Source: Candidatus Cloacimonadales bacterium
Lineage (GTDB): Bacteria > Cloacimonadota > Cloacimonadia > Cloacimonadales > JAFGVF01
NCBI GenBank assembly: GCA_963678315.1
Contig: OY782781.1
Span: 2,080,001 to 2,144,000, forward strand
DNA length: 64,000 nt
Reading direction: 5' to 3'
In this document: piece by piece, positions 1 through 9,821 of the stretch
Numbering within the stretch: the first letter of the stretch is position 1
Layout of the letters: each line of letters opens with the position of its first letter
The notes under the pieces: generated by a model
What the model was told of the DNA's origin: nothing
Databases searched by the model: none
What the model saw: the letters and a program-made list of their open reading frames with translations, nothing else
Made by a program: the position numbers and the translations under genes

Positions 1-943
1 AAGCTTCGGTAAAGACCTTCATTCTAGGTTTAACGTAATGTCCTACATCAGCAATATGCACATACAATGTAGAGCCGTTTTCATCTTGAGTATATGAAAT
101 AGCATCATCATAGTCTTTAGCGGTGATGGGATCAATGGTTATTGTAAGAAGGTCTCTATAGTCAGCTCTTTTAGCTATCTCATAGTAAGTTATATCCTTA
201 TCAATAGAATTAACTTCCTCAATGATATCTTCTTCAAAAGATAGAGGTAAATCATATTGCTCGATTACTCCAAGAACTTCTATATCTGGATCATGTGCAT
301 TTCCTAAAACATCTAGAACTGACCCTTTAGGCAATACTCCAGAATGATAATTACCCCAATTGTCTATCTGAATCTTTACCTTTTTATTGTTTATATCTTC
401 TTGTTTGTAAGGCTTAACCTTAATCGATGAGTGTATTTTGTGATTATCACAAATGAAAAGATATTCATTATTGACAAGAGTAACATTACCTACCATCTCT
501 TGGTTAACTCGGCTGGTAATCTTTCTTACAACACCATATTTCTTATCTTTACGTGATTTGTAAGGCTCAATTAAAACTATGTCTCCGTGAAAAGCACCAT
601 TAGTATCTTCAATAGAAATAAAGTAGTCAGACTCTTCAGTAATAACAAAGGCAAAGGAATAGCCTTTTGCTAAGGATGTTGCATCAAATCTACCTTCAAT
701 CAAAATTTCATCTCTCTTACTGAAATTCTTTTTATTAGATGTTTTTTTCTTGTTCATGATAAAGAGTCTATTTCGCCTAATTAAAAAGCCACTCTTTTCC
801 AGCTTATTCATAGTATCTTTAATATTTCTAAAGTCATGCTTTCTAATATTTAAGATTGAGGAAACTTCATTGATTGTTAAATTTGCTCCTGGATACTGCT
901 TAAACAGTTCAACTATCTTTTTTTCTAAGTCTTGCTTATACAT
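1..943 (-). CDS. rnr: Ribonuclease R, N-terminal part (runs off the window start; absent from the ORF track)
   Basis: Manual translation from ATG at 943 gives MYKQDLEKKIVELF..., then cold-shock-domain-like FAFVITEESDYFI and GAFHGD, RNB motif LLTITIDPITAKDYDDAIS and LYVHIADVGHYV. The start overlaps the upstream stop (TAATG). Confidence 0.93.
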   Translation of the reverse strand, partial: MYKQDLEKKIVELFKQYPGANLTINEVSSILNIRKHDFRNIKDTMNKLEKSGFLIRRNRLFIMNKKKTSNKKNFSKRDEILIEGRFDATSLAKGYSFAFVITEESDYFISIEDTNGAFHGDIVLIEPYKSRKDKKYGVVRKITSRVNQEMVGNVTLVNNEYLFICDNHKIHSSIKVKPYKQEDINNKKVKIQIDNWGNYHSGVLPKGSVLDVLGNAHDPDIEVLGVIEQYDLPLSFEEDIIEEVNSIDKDITYYEIAKRADYRDLLTITIDPITAKDYDDAISYTQDENGSTLYVHIADVGHYVKPRMKVFTEA

Positions 944-1392
944 TAATACCTTTTACCTATTTTTTCTTCGAGGAATGCTAACAAATCAGCCTTTTCTTCT
1001 TGTGTTTTAGAATACCTTATTGATGTACCTCTAAAAGGGTCTAATCTTCGTGGCTGACTAAAGGTCGAGAGCATAACTCCATATTTATCTGAATAAAAAC
1101 AACCAAAATCTGAGTATGGTCTTTCTATTTTAAAGAACCAATATCTTATCTCTACCTTCTTTCTAAAGAAAGTATATCTTGTTGGAATAAAGTATGTTGT
1201 AACAGATGTTACGATTAATAATATACCAATAATCCACCATAAACCTGGCAACTGCAGGGCGATGATTGTATATTTTAAAAGATATACAAAAACTAGCAGA
1301 AAAACTGATAGTAGGGCAGAGGTGCTTGGTCTATCAACAAATGGAAAAGATATCCAATCAAACTTAGGTTGATCATCTTTCTTATTGGACAT
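943..1392 (-). CDS. Hypothetical membrane protein (two predicted TM helices plus a soluble C-terminal domain)
   Basis: 149-aa ORF with two hydrophobic segments; overlaps both yicC and rnr. Confidence 0.75.
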   Translation of the reverse strand: MSNKKDDQPKFDWISFPFVDRPSTSALLSVFLLVFVYLLKYTIIALQLPGLWWIIGILLIVTSVTTYFIPTRYTFFRKKVEIRYWFFKIERPYSDFGCFYSDKYGVMLSTFSQPRRLDPFRGTSIRYSKTQEEKADLLAFLEEKIGKRY

Positions 1393-2266
1393 TCAGAATC
1401 ATCTCCTTACATTTATCTATCTCTTCTTTTATAACCAAGATGTGCTCAAAGGTCGCAGGAATACTAAATTTAGAACCTAGAGTATTAGCTTCTCTATGCA
1501 TTTCTTGGACTATAAACATCAACTTCTTACCAGAAGCAGAATCGTCGTTTTCTAAGTTACTTAGGAACTTCTCAATGTGGTTTTCTAATCTAATTACCTC
1601 TTCAGTAACATCATTTTTATCAACATAGAAGGATGCTTCTATAACGACTCTTCTAAGAATTTCATCAGTGATATCACTCTGAAGTAGTTCTTTAATATTT
1701 GTTTTTATCTTATTGAATATCTGTTCTTTATAGTTAGGTATAATAGATCTTACTTCTTTGACACTGTCCAACATGAGAGCTAGGGAAGACCTAAAGAACT
1801 CTTTCATAGATTCGCCTTCTTCAAAAGCCATTTGCTGTTGTCTTTCCAAAGCTAATACTAAACATTCTAATACACTCTTGATTAATAAGTCATCATCAGG
1901 ATCTTTATTAGACTTCATTTCTATGATACCTTGATAGAGCAAGATACGATCGAGTGGAATTTCAGAATCTACTCCTAGTATTGAAGACGCCTTTTTGCCA
2001 GCTTCCCAGATAGCTTTAAGCTTTCCTTCATTAATCTTCATTTCAGGTTCAGATAAATCAGTAATGTTTATTCTACATTCGATAGAACCACGGTTTATAT
2101 ATTCTTTAACTTTCTTTGTTACTATTGGCTCTACGAATGAATATTCTTTACCAGAATAAAACTTAAAATCAAAGTATTTAGAATTTAGTGTCTTTATCTC
2201 AATTTCAATTTCATATTTCTCATTTACTAAGTTGGCTTTACCAAAGCCAGTCATACTTTTTATCAT
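1382..2266 (-). CDS. yicC: YicC/YloC family endoribonuclease
   Basis: N-terminal MIKSMTGFG; C-terminal DVTEEVIRL and GKKLMFIVQEMHREANTLGSK, then KEEIDKCKEMILNVQ. Confidence 0.93.
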   Translation of the reverse strand: MIKSMTGFGKANLVNEKYEIEIEIKTLNSKYFDFKFYSGKEYSFVEPIVTKKVKEYINRGSIECRINITDLSEPEMKINEGKLKAIWEAGKKASSILGVDSEIPLDRILLYQGIIEMKSNKDPDDDLLIKSVLECLVLALERQQQMAFEEGESMKEFFRSSLALMLDSVKEVRSIIPNYKEQIFNKIKTNIKELLQSDITDEILRRVVIEASFYVDKNDVTEEVIRLENHIEKFLSNLENDDSASGKKLMFIVQEMHREANTLGSKFSIPATFEHILVIKEEIDKCKEMILNVQ

Positions 2267-2351
2267 TATATTGTCTCCAAGAGCATAAGAATATACTCGT
2301 TTGTTTACATAATATGCGTTATGCGATTAATTAATAAGTGTCAAATATCTC

Positions 2352-5315
2352 TTATTGACTAACAAATCCAATACCATTCTTCCCGTCCATCTTTATTTTA
2401 AGGGAATTTGGTGCTTTAACTAGTTTAACATATTTTGTCTCTTCTACAACTTCAAAGCTGTTTAATTTTTCCCAAGATACTAGATTATCTTTTTCACCAT
2501 AAGGAACTGTTATATAGCCGATATTCATAGATAAAATATTGTGGAAGAAATGGGTACCTTGTGATGGGTCAACCCTGAAGTTATCAAGGCCAGATTCAAC
2601 AATAACTCTAGCATTACTTATATTAGAAAAGGCAATTGGAATGCCCAAAAATCTATCTCTAGAGCCCCAACGACCAGGACCAATAAGCACATAGTTTTCA
2701 TCTCTTTCTAGCATTAGCTTATTAAAATGGTTAATCTCATCTTTAATTTGAACAGTCTCAGTATTATTAAAAGCGTCAGGCTTAACAAATAGAATGTGAT
2801 TAACACCATCAATCACACCATTACCCATTACATGAGTTGAGTAAATCAAACATTCCTCAGGATTAGCATCTTCTGCGTTAATGATAATGTCTTCTCCATT
2901 AACAGATAGTGGTCTAATTTGAAGCAAGTAGAATGTTGGTATCGGAAGCTTCTTTTCATTAGCTTCAAGATTAACTGAGAATTCTATCTCAACAGGAATA
3001 CCCATAGCAATCTCACCGATTTCCAGTAGGTCAGATAGGACATTTGCAAGAGGAATCTTATTGTACTTAACGATATTCTCGAAAGTGACTACAGGTCTAC
3101 CCTTTGCGAATATGCCATTAGTAAAGGTTCTGTTGTTATAGTCCCAATATGAGAATATATCTTTAAAGGCATCAGTTACTTCTTTGTTAGTTACTGAAAC
3201 AGAAGTTAAACAAGCGTCTTCTCCATTTAAAAGGTCATAGTCACAGTCTTCAAGATTTATTGCATAGAAATACTTTTGTGAGTTTCCCACTACATACTCT
3301 GGAGTCATTAGATTCTTTTTAGGATACTTTGGACTAAATCTAAAGTTGTTTTCACCTTCTACAACAGCCTTTCCTAATCCCACAGCTAAAGTTGCAAGCC
3401 CATCTGAGTGTTTCAAATCAGAAGTAGGATAGAAATTATATGATTGTGCAACACCTGAGAAGTTAGGGAAATAATATTTACCATATTTAGAGCCTGTAAC
3501 TTCCTGAACGATAACCGCCATCTTTTCTTCGCCTATCATATAATTAACATTCTCAATATATGCTCTTGCTTGAGTAACAAATATGGAAGAATACACTAGC
3601 TTAACAGCTGCAATTAAATCATTCAATCGTTTATCTTTATCAGCATAAGAATTACTTAACATATAAGTTGAATAAATACCTGCAAAAGGTTGAGCCTGAG
3701 AATCTTCTAATAAGCTTGAAGACCTCACAGCAAGAGGCTTATCAAGTTCATCAATGATACCACTTAACATCTCTTCTAGTTCTTTAGAAATATTACATTG
3801 AAGAAAAAGTTTTTGAATTTCAATATCACTATCTTTTGCAATATCAACATTTATACCATTTATATCAATGAAATTATCATATTCATTTGTTCCAATAATA
3901 CAGGTTGATGGTATTGAAATATTTATATCCTTGTACTTTTCATCAAATTCCATTGCGTTAAGAAAAGAGTTCATGAAAGCTAGCCCCCTCCCCTTTCCTC
4001 CTAAGGAACCTTCAGATATTCTAACAATTTGATCCTCTAAATCAATATCTGCATTATCAATATTAATAATTTTACCTCTAGCCCTAAGCTTTCTTACTTG
4101 CTTGAAAGTCGTAAGGACATACTGACGTAACTCTGAAACAGAATCAAATTGTGAAGTCTTTACAGGTCTAATTCTTTTAGCAACAAGAAATTCACCATGA
4201 GCTATCAACCAGTTTGAAAAATGATTCTTTAATGCATGGAAGAGTAATGATTTATCAGGAATCGTTTTAAGTACTTTTTCAAATTCTTTTAGGGTTTTAG
4301 CTTTTGCGTAATTGCAGTCGTTCTCATCTTTAAAGATAAAGTCCCCATATCCTAGGTTATTAGTAATGAATTTCTTAAGATTAGTAATTAAATTTCTTTC
4401 TCTTTTATATAAGAATGATGCATCATGCTTTAAAACTCCATCTTCATATTTCATATTAGATGATTGCATTAAAATAGGTAAATCTGCAGTTATGCTTCTA
4501 ATTTCGGAAAGAAGCTTAATGCCTGCCCCATGATATTCATCATCTTTCTTTGGGAAGTCAATATCGGAAATGAGGCATACAATAAACTCTTTGTACTTGT
4601 TATAGTATTTTATCGCTTCCTCATAATTATGAACTAATATAACCTTAGGTCTTGCTCTCATACGTAATCTTTTATTGATATCATTCATTTCAGTCTCAAT
4701 CAATAGCTGAGTCTGACGCATAATCGCTTCGTATAAGAGTGGAAGATAGGAAGAATAGAAGTTAATAGAATCCTCGACTAATAAAATAACTCTTACAAGT
4801 CCAACTTTAGTATCGTATTCACAATTCCATACATCTTCGACATATTTTATCATAGCTAAGAACAACTTACTATCACCATTCCAGAAAAAGGTATTATCAA
4901 TATACTGCATCTGTTCTGGGTACTTCTTAATTAAGTTTAAATCACTAGAGTTATTAAGAAGTAGCAAAACAGGTGTATCAGGGGATAGTTCTTTGATAGA
5001 TTTAGATAATTCATAGGGAATAGTCTCCCCTACTCGCATCATGGTAATTACTAGATCGTATTTATGAATTGAGAACTTCTTTAATGCTGCTTCCTTAGAT
5101 GGAACAGAAGTTATTCTAGGATTAGTGCTAAGGTTAAGATGTTTATATTCACCAAAGATCTGTTCAGATAAACGGCCATCTTGTTCAAAGATATAAGCAT
5201 CATAAAATGAAGATACAAGCAAAATTTCTTTAACTCTTTTCTTCATTAAGTAATGGAAGTTATCTTCTCCAAATTTGAACTTGTTGTAATAGTAATTCAG
5301 TTCTTTAATATCCAT
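2352..5315 (-). CDS. PEP/pyruvate-binding (PPDK_N, ATP-grasp) domain protein with N-terminal receiver-like domains
   Basis: Motifs GSLGGKGRGLAF, PLAVRSSSLLED-x-AGIY, MAVIVQEV, FSGVAQS, GLGKAVVEG, PVEIEF and FYLLQIRP. Receiver-like ILLVSS/YDLVI and VILLVED segments. Confidence 0.85.
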   Translation of the reverse strand: MDIKELNYYYNKFKFGEDNFHYLMKKRVKEILLVSSFYDAYIFEQDGRLSEQIFGEYKHLNLSTNPRITSVPSKEAALKKFSIHKYDLVITMMRVGETIPYELSKSIKELSPDTPVLLLLNNSSDLNLIKKYPEQMQYIDNTFFWNGDSKLFLAMIKYVEDVWNCEYDTKVGLVRVILLVEDSINFYSSYLPLLYEAIMRQTQLLIETEMNDINKRLRMRARPKVILVHNYEEAIKYYNKYKEFIVCLISDIDFPKKDDEYHGAGIKLLSEIRSITADLPILMQSSNMKYEDGVLKHDASFLYKRERNLITNLKKFITNNLGYGDFIFKDENDCNYAKAKTLKEFEKVLKTIPDKSLLFHALKNHFSNWLIAHGEFLVAKRIRPVKTSQFDSVSELRQYVLTTFKQVRKLRARGKIINIDNADIDLEDQIVRISEGSLGGKGRGLAFMNSFLNAMEFDEKYKDINISIPSTCIIGTNEYDNFIDINGINVDIAKDSDIEIQKLFLQCNISKELEEMLSGIIDELDKPLAVRSSSLLEDSQAQPFAGIYSTYMLSNSYADKDKRLNDLIAAVKLVYSSIFVTQARAYIENVNYMIGEEKMAVIVQEVTGSKYGKYYFPNFSGVAQSYNFYPTSDLKHSDGLATLAVGLGKAVVEGENNFRFSPKYPKKNLMTPEYVVGNSQKYFYAINLEDCDYDLLNGEDACLTSVSVTNKEVTDAFKDIFSYWDYNNRTFTNGIFAKGRPVVTFENIVKYNKIPLANVLSDLLEIGEIAMGIPVEIEFSVNLEANEKKLPIPTFYLLQIRPLSVNGEDIIINAEDANPEECLIYSTHVMGNGVIDGVNHILFVKPDAFNNTETVQIKDEINHFNKLMLERDENYVLIGPGRWGSRDRFLGIPIAFSNISNARVIVESGLDNFRVDPSQGTHFFHNILSMNIGYITVPYGEKDNLVSWEKLNSFEVVEETKYVKLVKAPNSLKIKMDGKNGIGFVSQ

Positions 5316-5383
5316 GAATAATCCTTAGTTTTAGTTTATTTATATTGTTATACAAATTCATTAATTTGTCAAGAATAGTATTG

Positions 5384-5418
5384 AAAAAAGAGAGCCTTGA
5401 CTTAGTCATGACTCTCTT
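5384..5418 (-). terminator. Probable intrinsic terminator of the oxidoreductase-mce operon
   Basis: Minus-strand hairpin AAGAGAGTCATGAC-TAA-GTCAAGGCTCTCTT followed by a T run. Confidence 0.65.
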
Positions 5419-5449
5419 AAGTAAATTTATTTATCTATGATGTTCGAGT

Positions 5450-5851
5450 CTAGTGTTTATCTTTACAGAGTTCTAGAAGAACACCCTTAGTTGATTTTGG
5501 ATGTAAGAAAGCAATATCAGCGCCATGAGCACCAGGTCTTGGTTCCTTATCAATAAGTCTAAAACCTTTGTCTTCTTTATCTTTAAGTTCAGCTTTTAAA
5601 TCATCAACACCAAAAGCAATATGTTGAATCCCTTCGCCTTTTTTCTCAATGAATTTAGCAATTGGACTATCTTCACTAGTTGCCGCTAGAAGTTCTATTC
5701 TAGTGTCACCAATAGTAAAGAATGCAACTTTAAGCTTTTGAGATTCAACTTCTTCTGTTGACTCTAAAGTTAAACCTAATGATTCATACATCTTGATTGA
5801 TTCTTCTAGGTCTTTTACTGCAATACCAATATGACTTAGATTTTTTATCAT
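5450..5851 (-). CDS. mce: Methylmalonyl-CoA epimerase
   Basis: VOC fold with HIGIAV, IELL, SPIAKFIEKKGEGIQHIAF and AFLHPKSTKGVLLELC. Confidence 0.92.
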   Translation of the reverse strand: MIKNLSHIGIAVKDLEESIKMYESLGLTLESTEEVESQKLKVAFFTIGDTRIELLAATSEDSPIAKFIEKKGEGIQHIAFGVDDLKAELKDKEDKGFRLIDKEPRPGAHGADIAFLHPKSTKGVLLELCKDKH

Positions 5852-5860
5852 GATTATATC

Positions 5861-6415
5861 CTATTTATTATATTCTTTTGCTAATTTGAAACCAAGTTTC
5901 ATAGCTTTAATATTCAATTCAACAAAAGCAGGTTTAACAGAATTTCTGATAGCAGTTTCTAAAGACTTTTCTGTAACAACTTTAGTGATTTTAACTAAAA
6001 ATGCTAAAGAAAGAATGTTAGTAACAACTTCATTACCGATTTCTTCTTGAGCTATTTGAGTGAATGGAACTTCATAAGTATTATTATTAATAACAGAAAT
6101 ATTCTTAACGAAAGTTGAATCTGCAATCAGAACACCTTCATTCTTAAGATCAAATACATATTTATCACAAGCTTCTTGAGTTAAAGAAAGTAAGATGTCA
6201 AGATTTGTAGCTTCAGGGAAGTTAATTTCATCATTAGAAACAACAACATCAGCTTTTGAATAACCACCTCTAGATTCAGGACCATAACTTTGTGTTTGAG
6301 TTACGTTAAGACCTTCTTCTACAGATGCTCTAGCTAATACTATACCAGCTAGGATAAGACCTTGTCCACCGCTACCGCTTAATCTGATATCTTTTTTAAA
6401 TTTCTTGATTGCCAT
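5861..6415 (-). CDS. 2-oxoacid:ferredoxin oxidoreductase gamma subunit (KorC-like)
   Basis: IRLSGSGGQGLILAG and QSYGPESRGG motifs. Confidence 0.92.
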   Translation of the reverse strand: MAIKKFKKDIRLSGSGGQGLILAGIVLARASVEEGLNVTQTQSYGPESRGGYSKADVVVSNDEINFPEATNLDILLSLTQEACDKYVFDLKNEGVLIADSTFVKNISVINNNTYEVPFTQIAQEEIGNEVVTNILSLAFLVKITKVVTEKSLETAIRNSVKPAFVELNIKAMKLGFKLAKEYNK

Positions 6416-7254
6416 TATTTACCTTCCTTTTCTGAAAGCTGCTTTACTAAGTTTTGATAAGCTTGAGTATATTCAATTTTATTCTCCTTAATAAATGTTC
6501 CTCTTAGAATTTTACCTTCAACTTTTTCAGCTGGTAATTTTTCTGCAGCTTTAATAGTAATAGTATTATCTCTCATAGCTTTCATCATTTCAGGAGCTTT
6601 ACCCTTTTTGTTAAGCCTACCATAAATAACAGGGCAAGCACAAATTGCTTCAACAATTGAGAAACCTTCATGTTGAAGGGCATCCTTAATTTGAGATTGA
6701 AGTTCAATTGCATGATATGCAGTAGATCTTGCAACATGTGTAGCACCTGCGCCAATAGCTAATTTACAAATATCGAAGTTAGGGTCGATATTACCATAAG
6801 GTGTTGTAGTAGCTCTATCACCTTGTGGAGTTGCAGGTGAGAATTGACCACCAGTCATACCATAGATATTGTTGTTTAGAACTATAACTGTAAGATCAAG
6901 ATTTCTTCTAGCAGCATGAATAAGGTGATTACCACCAATAGCTGTTGCATCACCATCACCTGTGATAACAATAACTTTCATACCAGGTTTATACATTTTT
7001 ACACCAGTAGCGTATGAGATAGCTCTACCGTGAAGTGAATGCAATGTATTAAAATCTACATAAACAGGCATACGTGATGAACAACCAATACCTGAAACCA
7101 TAACTATATTATCTCTATTTAGTTTTAACTCATCAATTGCTCTTATAACAGCTCCAAGAACAATACCATTACTACAACCAGCACACCAAACATGTGGAAA
7201 TTTCTTATCATGTCTGAGGTAACTGTGAATAATTCTTTGTGGTATTTTAGCCAT
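6415..7254 (-). CDS. 2-oxoacid:ferredoxin oxidoreductase beta subunit (TPP-binding, KorB-like)
   Basis: WCAGC, SGIGCSS, GDGD, NNNIYGMTGGQ and ACP motifs. Start taken as the ATG at 7254 (MAKIPQ), which has an AGGAGG RBS, instead of the track start at 7278. Confidence 0.93.
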   Translation of the reverse strand: MAKIPQRIIHSYLRHDKKFPHVWCAGCSNGIVLGAVIRAIDELKLNRDNIVMVSGIGCSSRMPVYVDFNTLHSLHGRAISYATGVKMYKPGMKVIVITGDGDATAIGGNHLIHAARRNLDLTVIVLNNNIYGMTGGQFSPATPQGDRATTTPYGNIDPNFDICKLAIGAGATHVARSTAYHAIELQSQIKDALQHEGFSIVEAICACPVIYGRLNKKGKAPEMMKAMRDNTITIKAAEKLPAEKVEGKILRGTFIKENKIEYTQAYQNLVKQLSEKEGK

Positions 7255-8458
7255 TGTAAGCCTCCTTAATTTTAGCAAGAATTTCAGCAGGTGTAATTAG
7301 AGTTCCATTATTTCTATTGAATCTAATTAATGAACCATCTTTTTTATCTCTTACTAATCTTTCAAGTTCATGGAATAATTGACCTTCATTTAATTCAGGA
7401 ACAACTACAGCATCAACATTCTTTAACATTTTTGTAACAGCATCATCTGGGAAAGGCCAGATTGTAAGAGGTCTTAACAAACCAACTTTCATACCTTCTG
7501 CTCTTGCCATTTTAACAGCTTCTTTAGAAGCTCTTGATAAGATACCTGCTGCGAAGACAGCTACTTTAGCATCTTCCATGTGTTTAGTTTCAATTTGAAC
7601 TAAATCACGGATGTTATGTTTTATTTTTTTATTTAATCTTTCCATCATTTTACCAGCTTCGCTTGGTTTATTTGTAGGGAAACCATGGTCGTCATGTGTA
7701 AGACCTGTAACATGGAATCTGTAGCCATCGCCGAAGCTAGCCAATGGAGAAAGATACTTTTGATTTTCATCATAGTGTTTATACCAGCTAGGAGGAACAG
7801 TAGGTTTGATTCTGTTGATAACTCTAACTTTAGAAAGGTCAGGAAGAACAACTGCTTCACGCATGTGACCTAAAACTTCGTCTAATAAGAGAACAACTAA
7901 TGTTCTATATTTTTCAGAAAGGTTTACAGCTCTAATAGTTAATTCAAATGCTTCTTTTACTGAATCTGGGTATAATACAATAGCTGGCGCATCACCGTGT
8001 GAACCCCATCTTGATTGCATGATATCACCTTGAGCAGGACTAGTAGGCATACCGGTACTTGGTCCCATTCTTTGAACATTAACGACAACAGTTGGTGTTT
8101 CAGTAATCTTTGCGAAACCTATTCCTTCTTGCATTAATGAGAAACCAGGTCCGCTTGTAGCTGTTAATGCTTTAGCACCTGCTAAAGACGCTCCAATGAT
8201 AGCTCCGATACTAGCAATTTCATCTTCCATTTGGATGAATGTTCCACCTACTTTAGGAAGTTCTGTAGCCAATATTTCAGCAACTTCTGTTGATGGTGTT
8301 ATTGGATATCCTGCAAAGAAATCAACTCCTGCAGCTAAAGCACCTTTAGCAACCGCTTCGTTACCTTGCATTATTACAGCTTTTGGTTCGTATTCTTTTT
8401 TCACAGTTTCTTTAACCTCTGGTTGTTTTACTTCAGGTTTTTTCTCTGTTTTATTCAT
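7247..8458 (-). CDS. 2-oxoacid:ferredoxin oxidoreductase alpha subunit (KorA-like)
   Basis: GNEAVA, FAGYPITPSTE, QMEDEIAS, TATSGPGFSLMQE and VQRMGPSTGMPT motifs. Confidence 0.94.
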   Translation of the reverse strand: MNKTEKKPEVKQPEVKETVKKEYEPKAVIMQGNEAVAKGALAAGVDFFAGYPITPSTEVAEILATELPKVGGTFIQMEDEIASIGAIIGASLAGAKALTATSGPGFSLMQEGIGFAKITETPTVVVNVQRMGPSTGMPTSPAQGDIMQSRWGSHGDAPAIVLYPDSVKEAFELTIRAVNLSEKYRTLVVLLLDEVLGHMREAVVLPDLSKVRVINRIKPTVPPSWYKHYDENQKYLSPLASFGDGYRFHVTGLTHDDHGFPTNKPSEAGKMMERLNKKIKHNIRDLVQIETKHMEDAKVAVFAAGILSRASKEAVKMARAEGMKVGLLRPLTIWPFPDDAVTKMLKNVDAVVVPELNEGQLFHELERLVRDKKDGSLIRFNRNNGTLITPAEILAKIKEAYNG

Positions 8459-8771
8459 TGCAATTCTCCTCTTTTTTTACTGCAGCACCAGTAATTGCAA
8501 AATCAGGACATAATCTGTCACATGTTTCACAATGGATACATTTTTCAGGATGAGCAACAAATGGTGATCCATCGGCTTTTCGTTCTAAGCAACCTGTAGG
8601 ACAAAATTCAACACAAATACCGCATTTTTTACACCAGTTATAATAGATGTATACAGGTGAATCAAAATCACCAGCAGTTTTTACTTCATTATACTCCACT
8701 TCCATTTTTTCAGGAGTATCGTTTTCATGGATTATCGTTCCTACTCGATCTCTTTCAACTTTTTCGGACAT
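8451..8771 (-). CDS. 2-oxoacid:ferredoxin oxidoreductase delta subunit (2x[4Fe-4S] ferredoxin)
   Basis: CKKCGICVEFCP and CIHCETCDRLCPDFAI; GGAGG RBS before the ATG at 8771. Confidence 0.92.
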   Translation of the reverse strand: MSEKVERDRVGTIIHENDTPEKMEVEYNEVKTAGDFDSPVYIYYNWCKKCGICVEFCPTGCLERKADGSPFVAHPEKCIHCETCDRLCPDFAITGAAVKKEENCNE

Positions 8772-8837
8772 CACTTCCTCCAGTTCTTTTTTATACTATT
8801 ATATTTTACATTGATATTTTTATCAAGTTATTTATTT

Positions 8838-9593
8838 TTATTGATTTAAGAAAAACTTTTTAGCATTTCTATAAGTCATTTCTGCAATCTGTTTAGGACT
8901 CTGCATGCGTATCCTTGATATTTCATGAACAATTTCAGGAATATAGTAGGGCGCATTTCTTTTACCTCTATAAGGAACAGGAGTCAAGTATGGACAATCT
9001 GTTTCAACAAAGAAGCTATCATCAGGTAACATTCTAACTACATCTTTCAAATCAAAGGCATTTTTATAGGTTACTACCCCAGTAATAGATATCTTCCAAT
9101 TTTCTTGAAGGATTTTTTCAGCGTATACCACATCTCCAGAATAACAATGATAAACAACATTTTTAGGTTTATGATTTTTTAGAATATCTAAGCAATCTTC
9201 ATGTGCTTCTCTATCATGAATTACAATTGGTAGATTAAGTTTTATTGCTAACTCTATTTGCTTGTTGAATGCATTAATTTGATCTTTTTTAGCTGAATGA
9301 TTACGATAATAGTCTAGTCCTATCTCACCAATAGCAACAACTTTTGGATGCTTTGCCATCTTTTCTATAGCTTGTTCATTATAAGAACTAGCTTCGTGTG
9401 GATGGTATCCAACTGTTGCATAGATAAAATCATATTGATCAGCTAAATCAATTGACTTCTGAGAAGTTACTTCATCGCAACCTATGTTAATAATTTTATT
9501 AACACCATACTTTAAACATTTCTGTATTACTTGATCTCGATCCTTGTTAAACTCTTTAGAATCAAGATGTGCATGAGTTTCAAATATTTCCAT
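8838..9593 (-). CDS. tatD: TatD family nuclease/hydrolase
   Basis: ETHAHL, GYHPH, AIGEIGLDYY, IHDREA, HCYSG and ETDCPYLTP motifs. Confidence 0.95.
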   Translation of the reverse strand: MEIFETHAHLDSKEFNKDRDQVIQKCLKYGVNKIINIGCDEVTSQKSIDLADQYDFIYATVGYHPHEASSYNEQAIEKMAKHPKVVAIGEIGLDYYRNHSAKKDQINAFNKQIELAIKLNLPIVIHDREAHEDCLDILKNHKPKNVVYHCYSGDVVYAEKILQENWKISITGVVTYKNAFDLKDVVRMLPDDSFFVETDCPYLTPVPYRGKRNAPYYIPEIVHEISRIRMQSPKQIAEMTYRNAKKFFLNQ

Positions 9594-9821
9594 TTTCTCC
9601 TCATTTCGCTTATAGCAAAATTATTGTTACAACTCTTGTCAAAACTAGTTTAATGTCAATAGCAAATGTAAAAAATATTTCTTTTAAGTTTGGACAAATA
9701 ATTGCATATACAATAAACCTTTTGAATTTTAATTTTATAGTGCTTTCTTTCCCTGCTTTAAAGTTGCTAGATAGAGTAATTTAAGTTATTATATGAATAA
9801 AACTATAAAGGAGTTTATATT

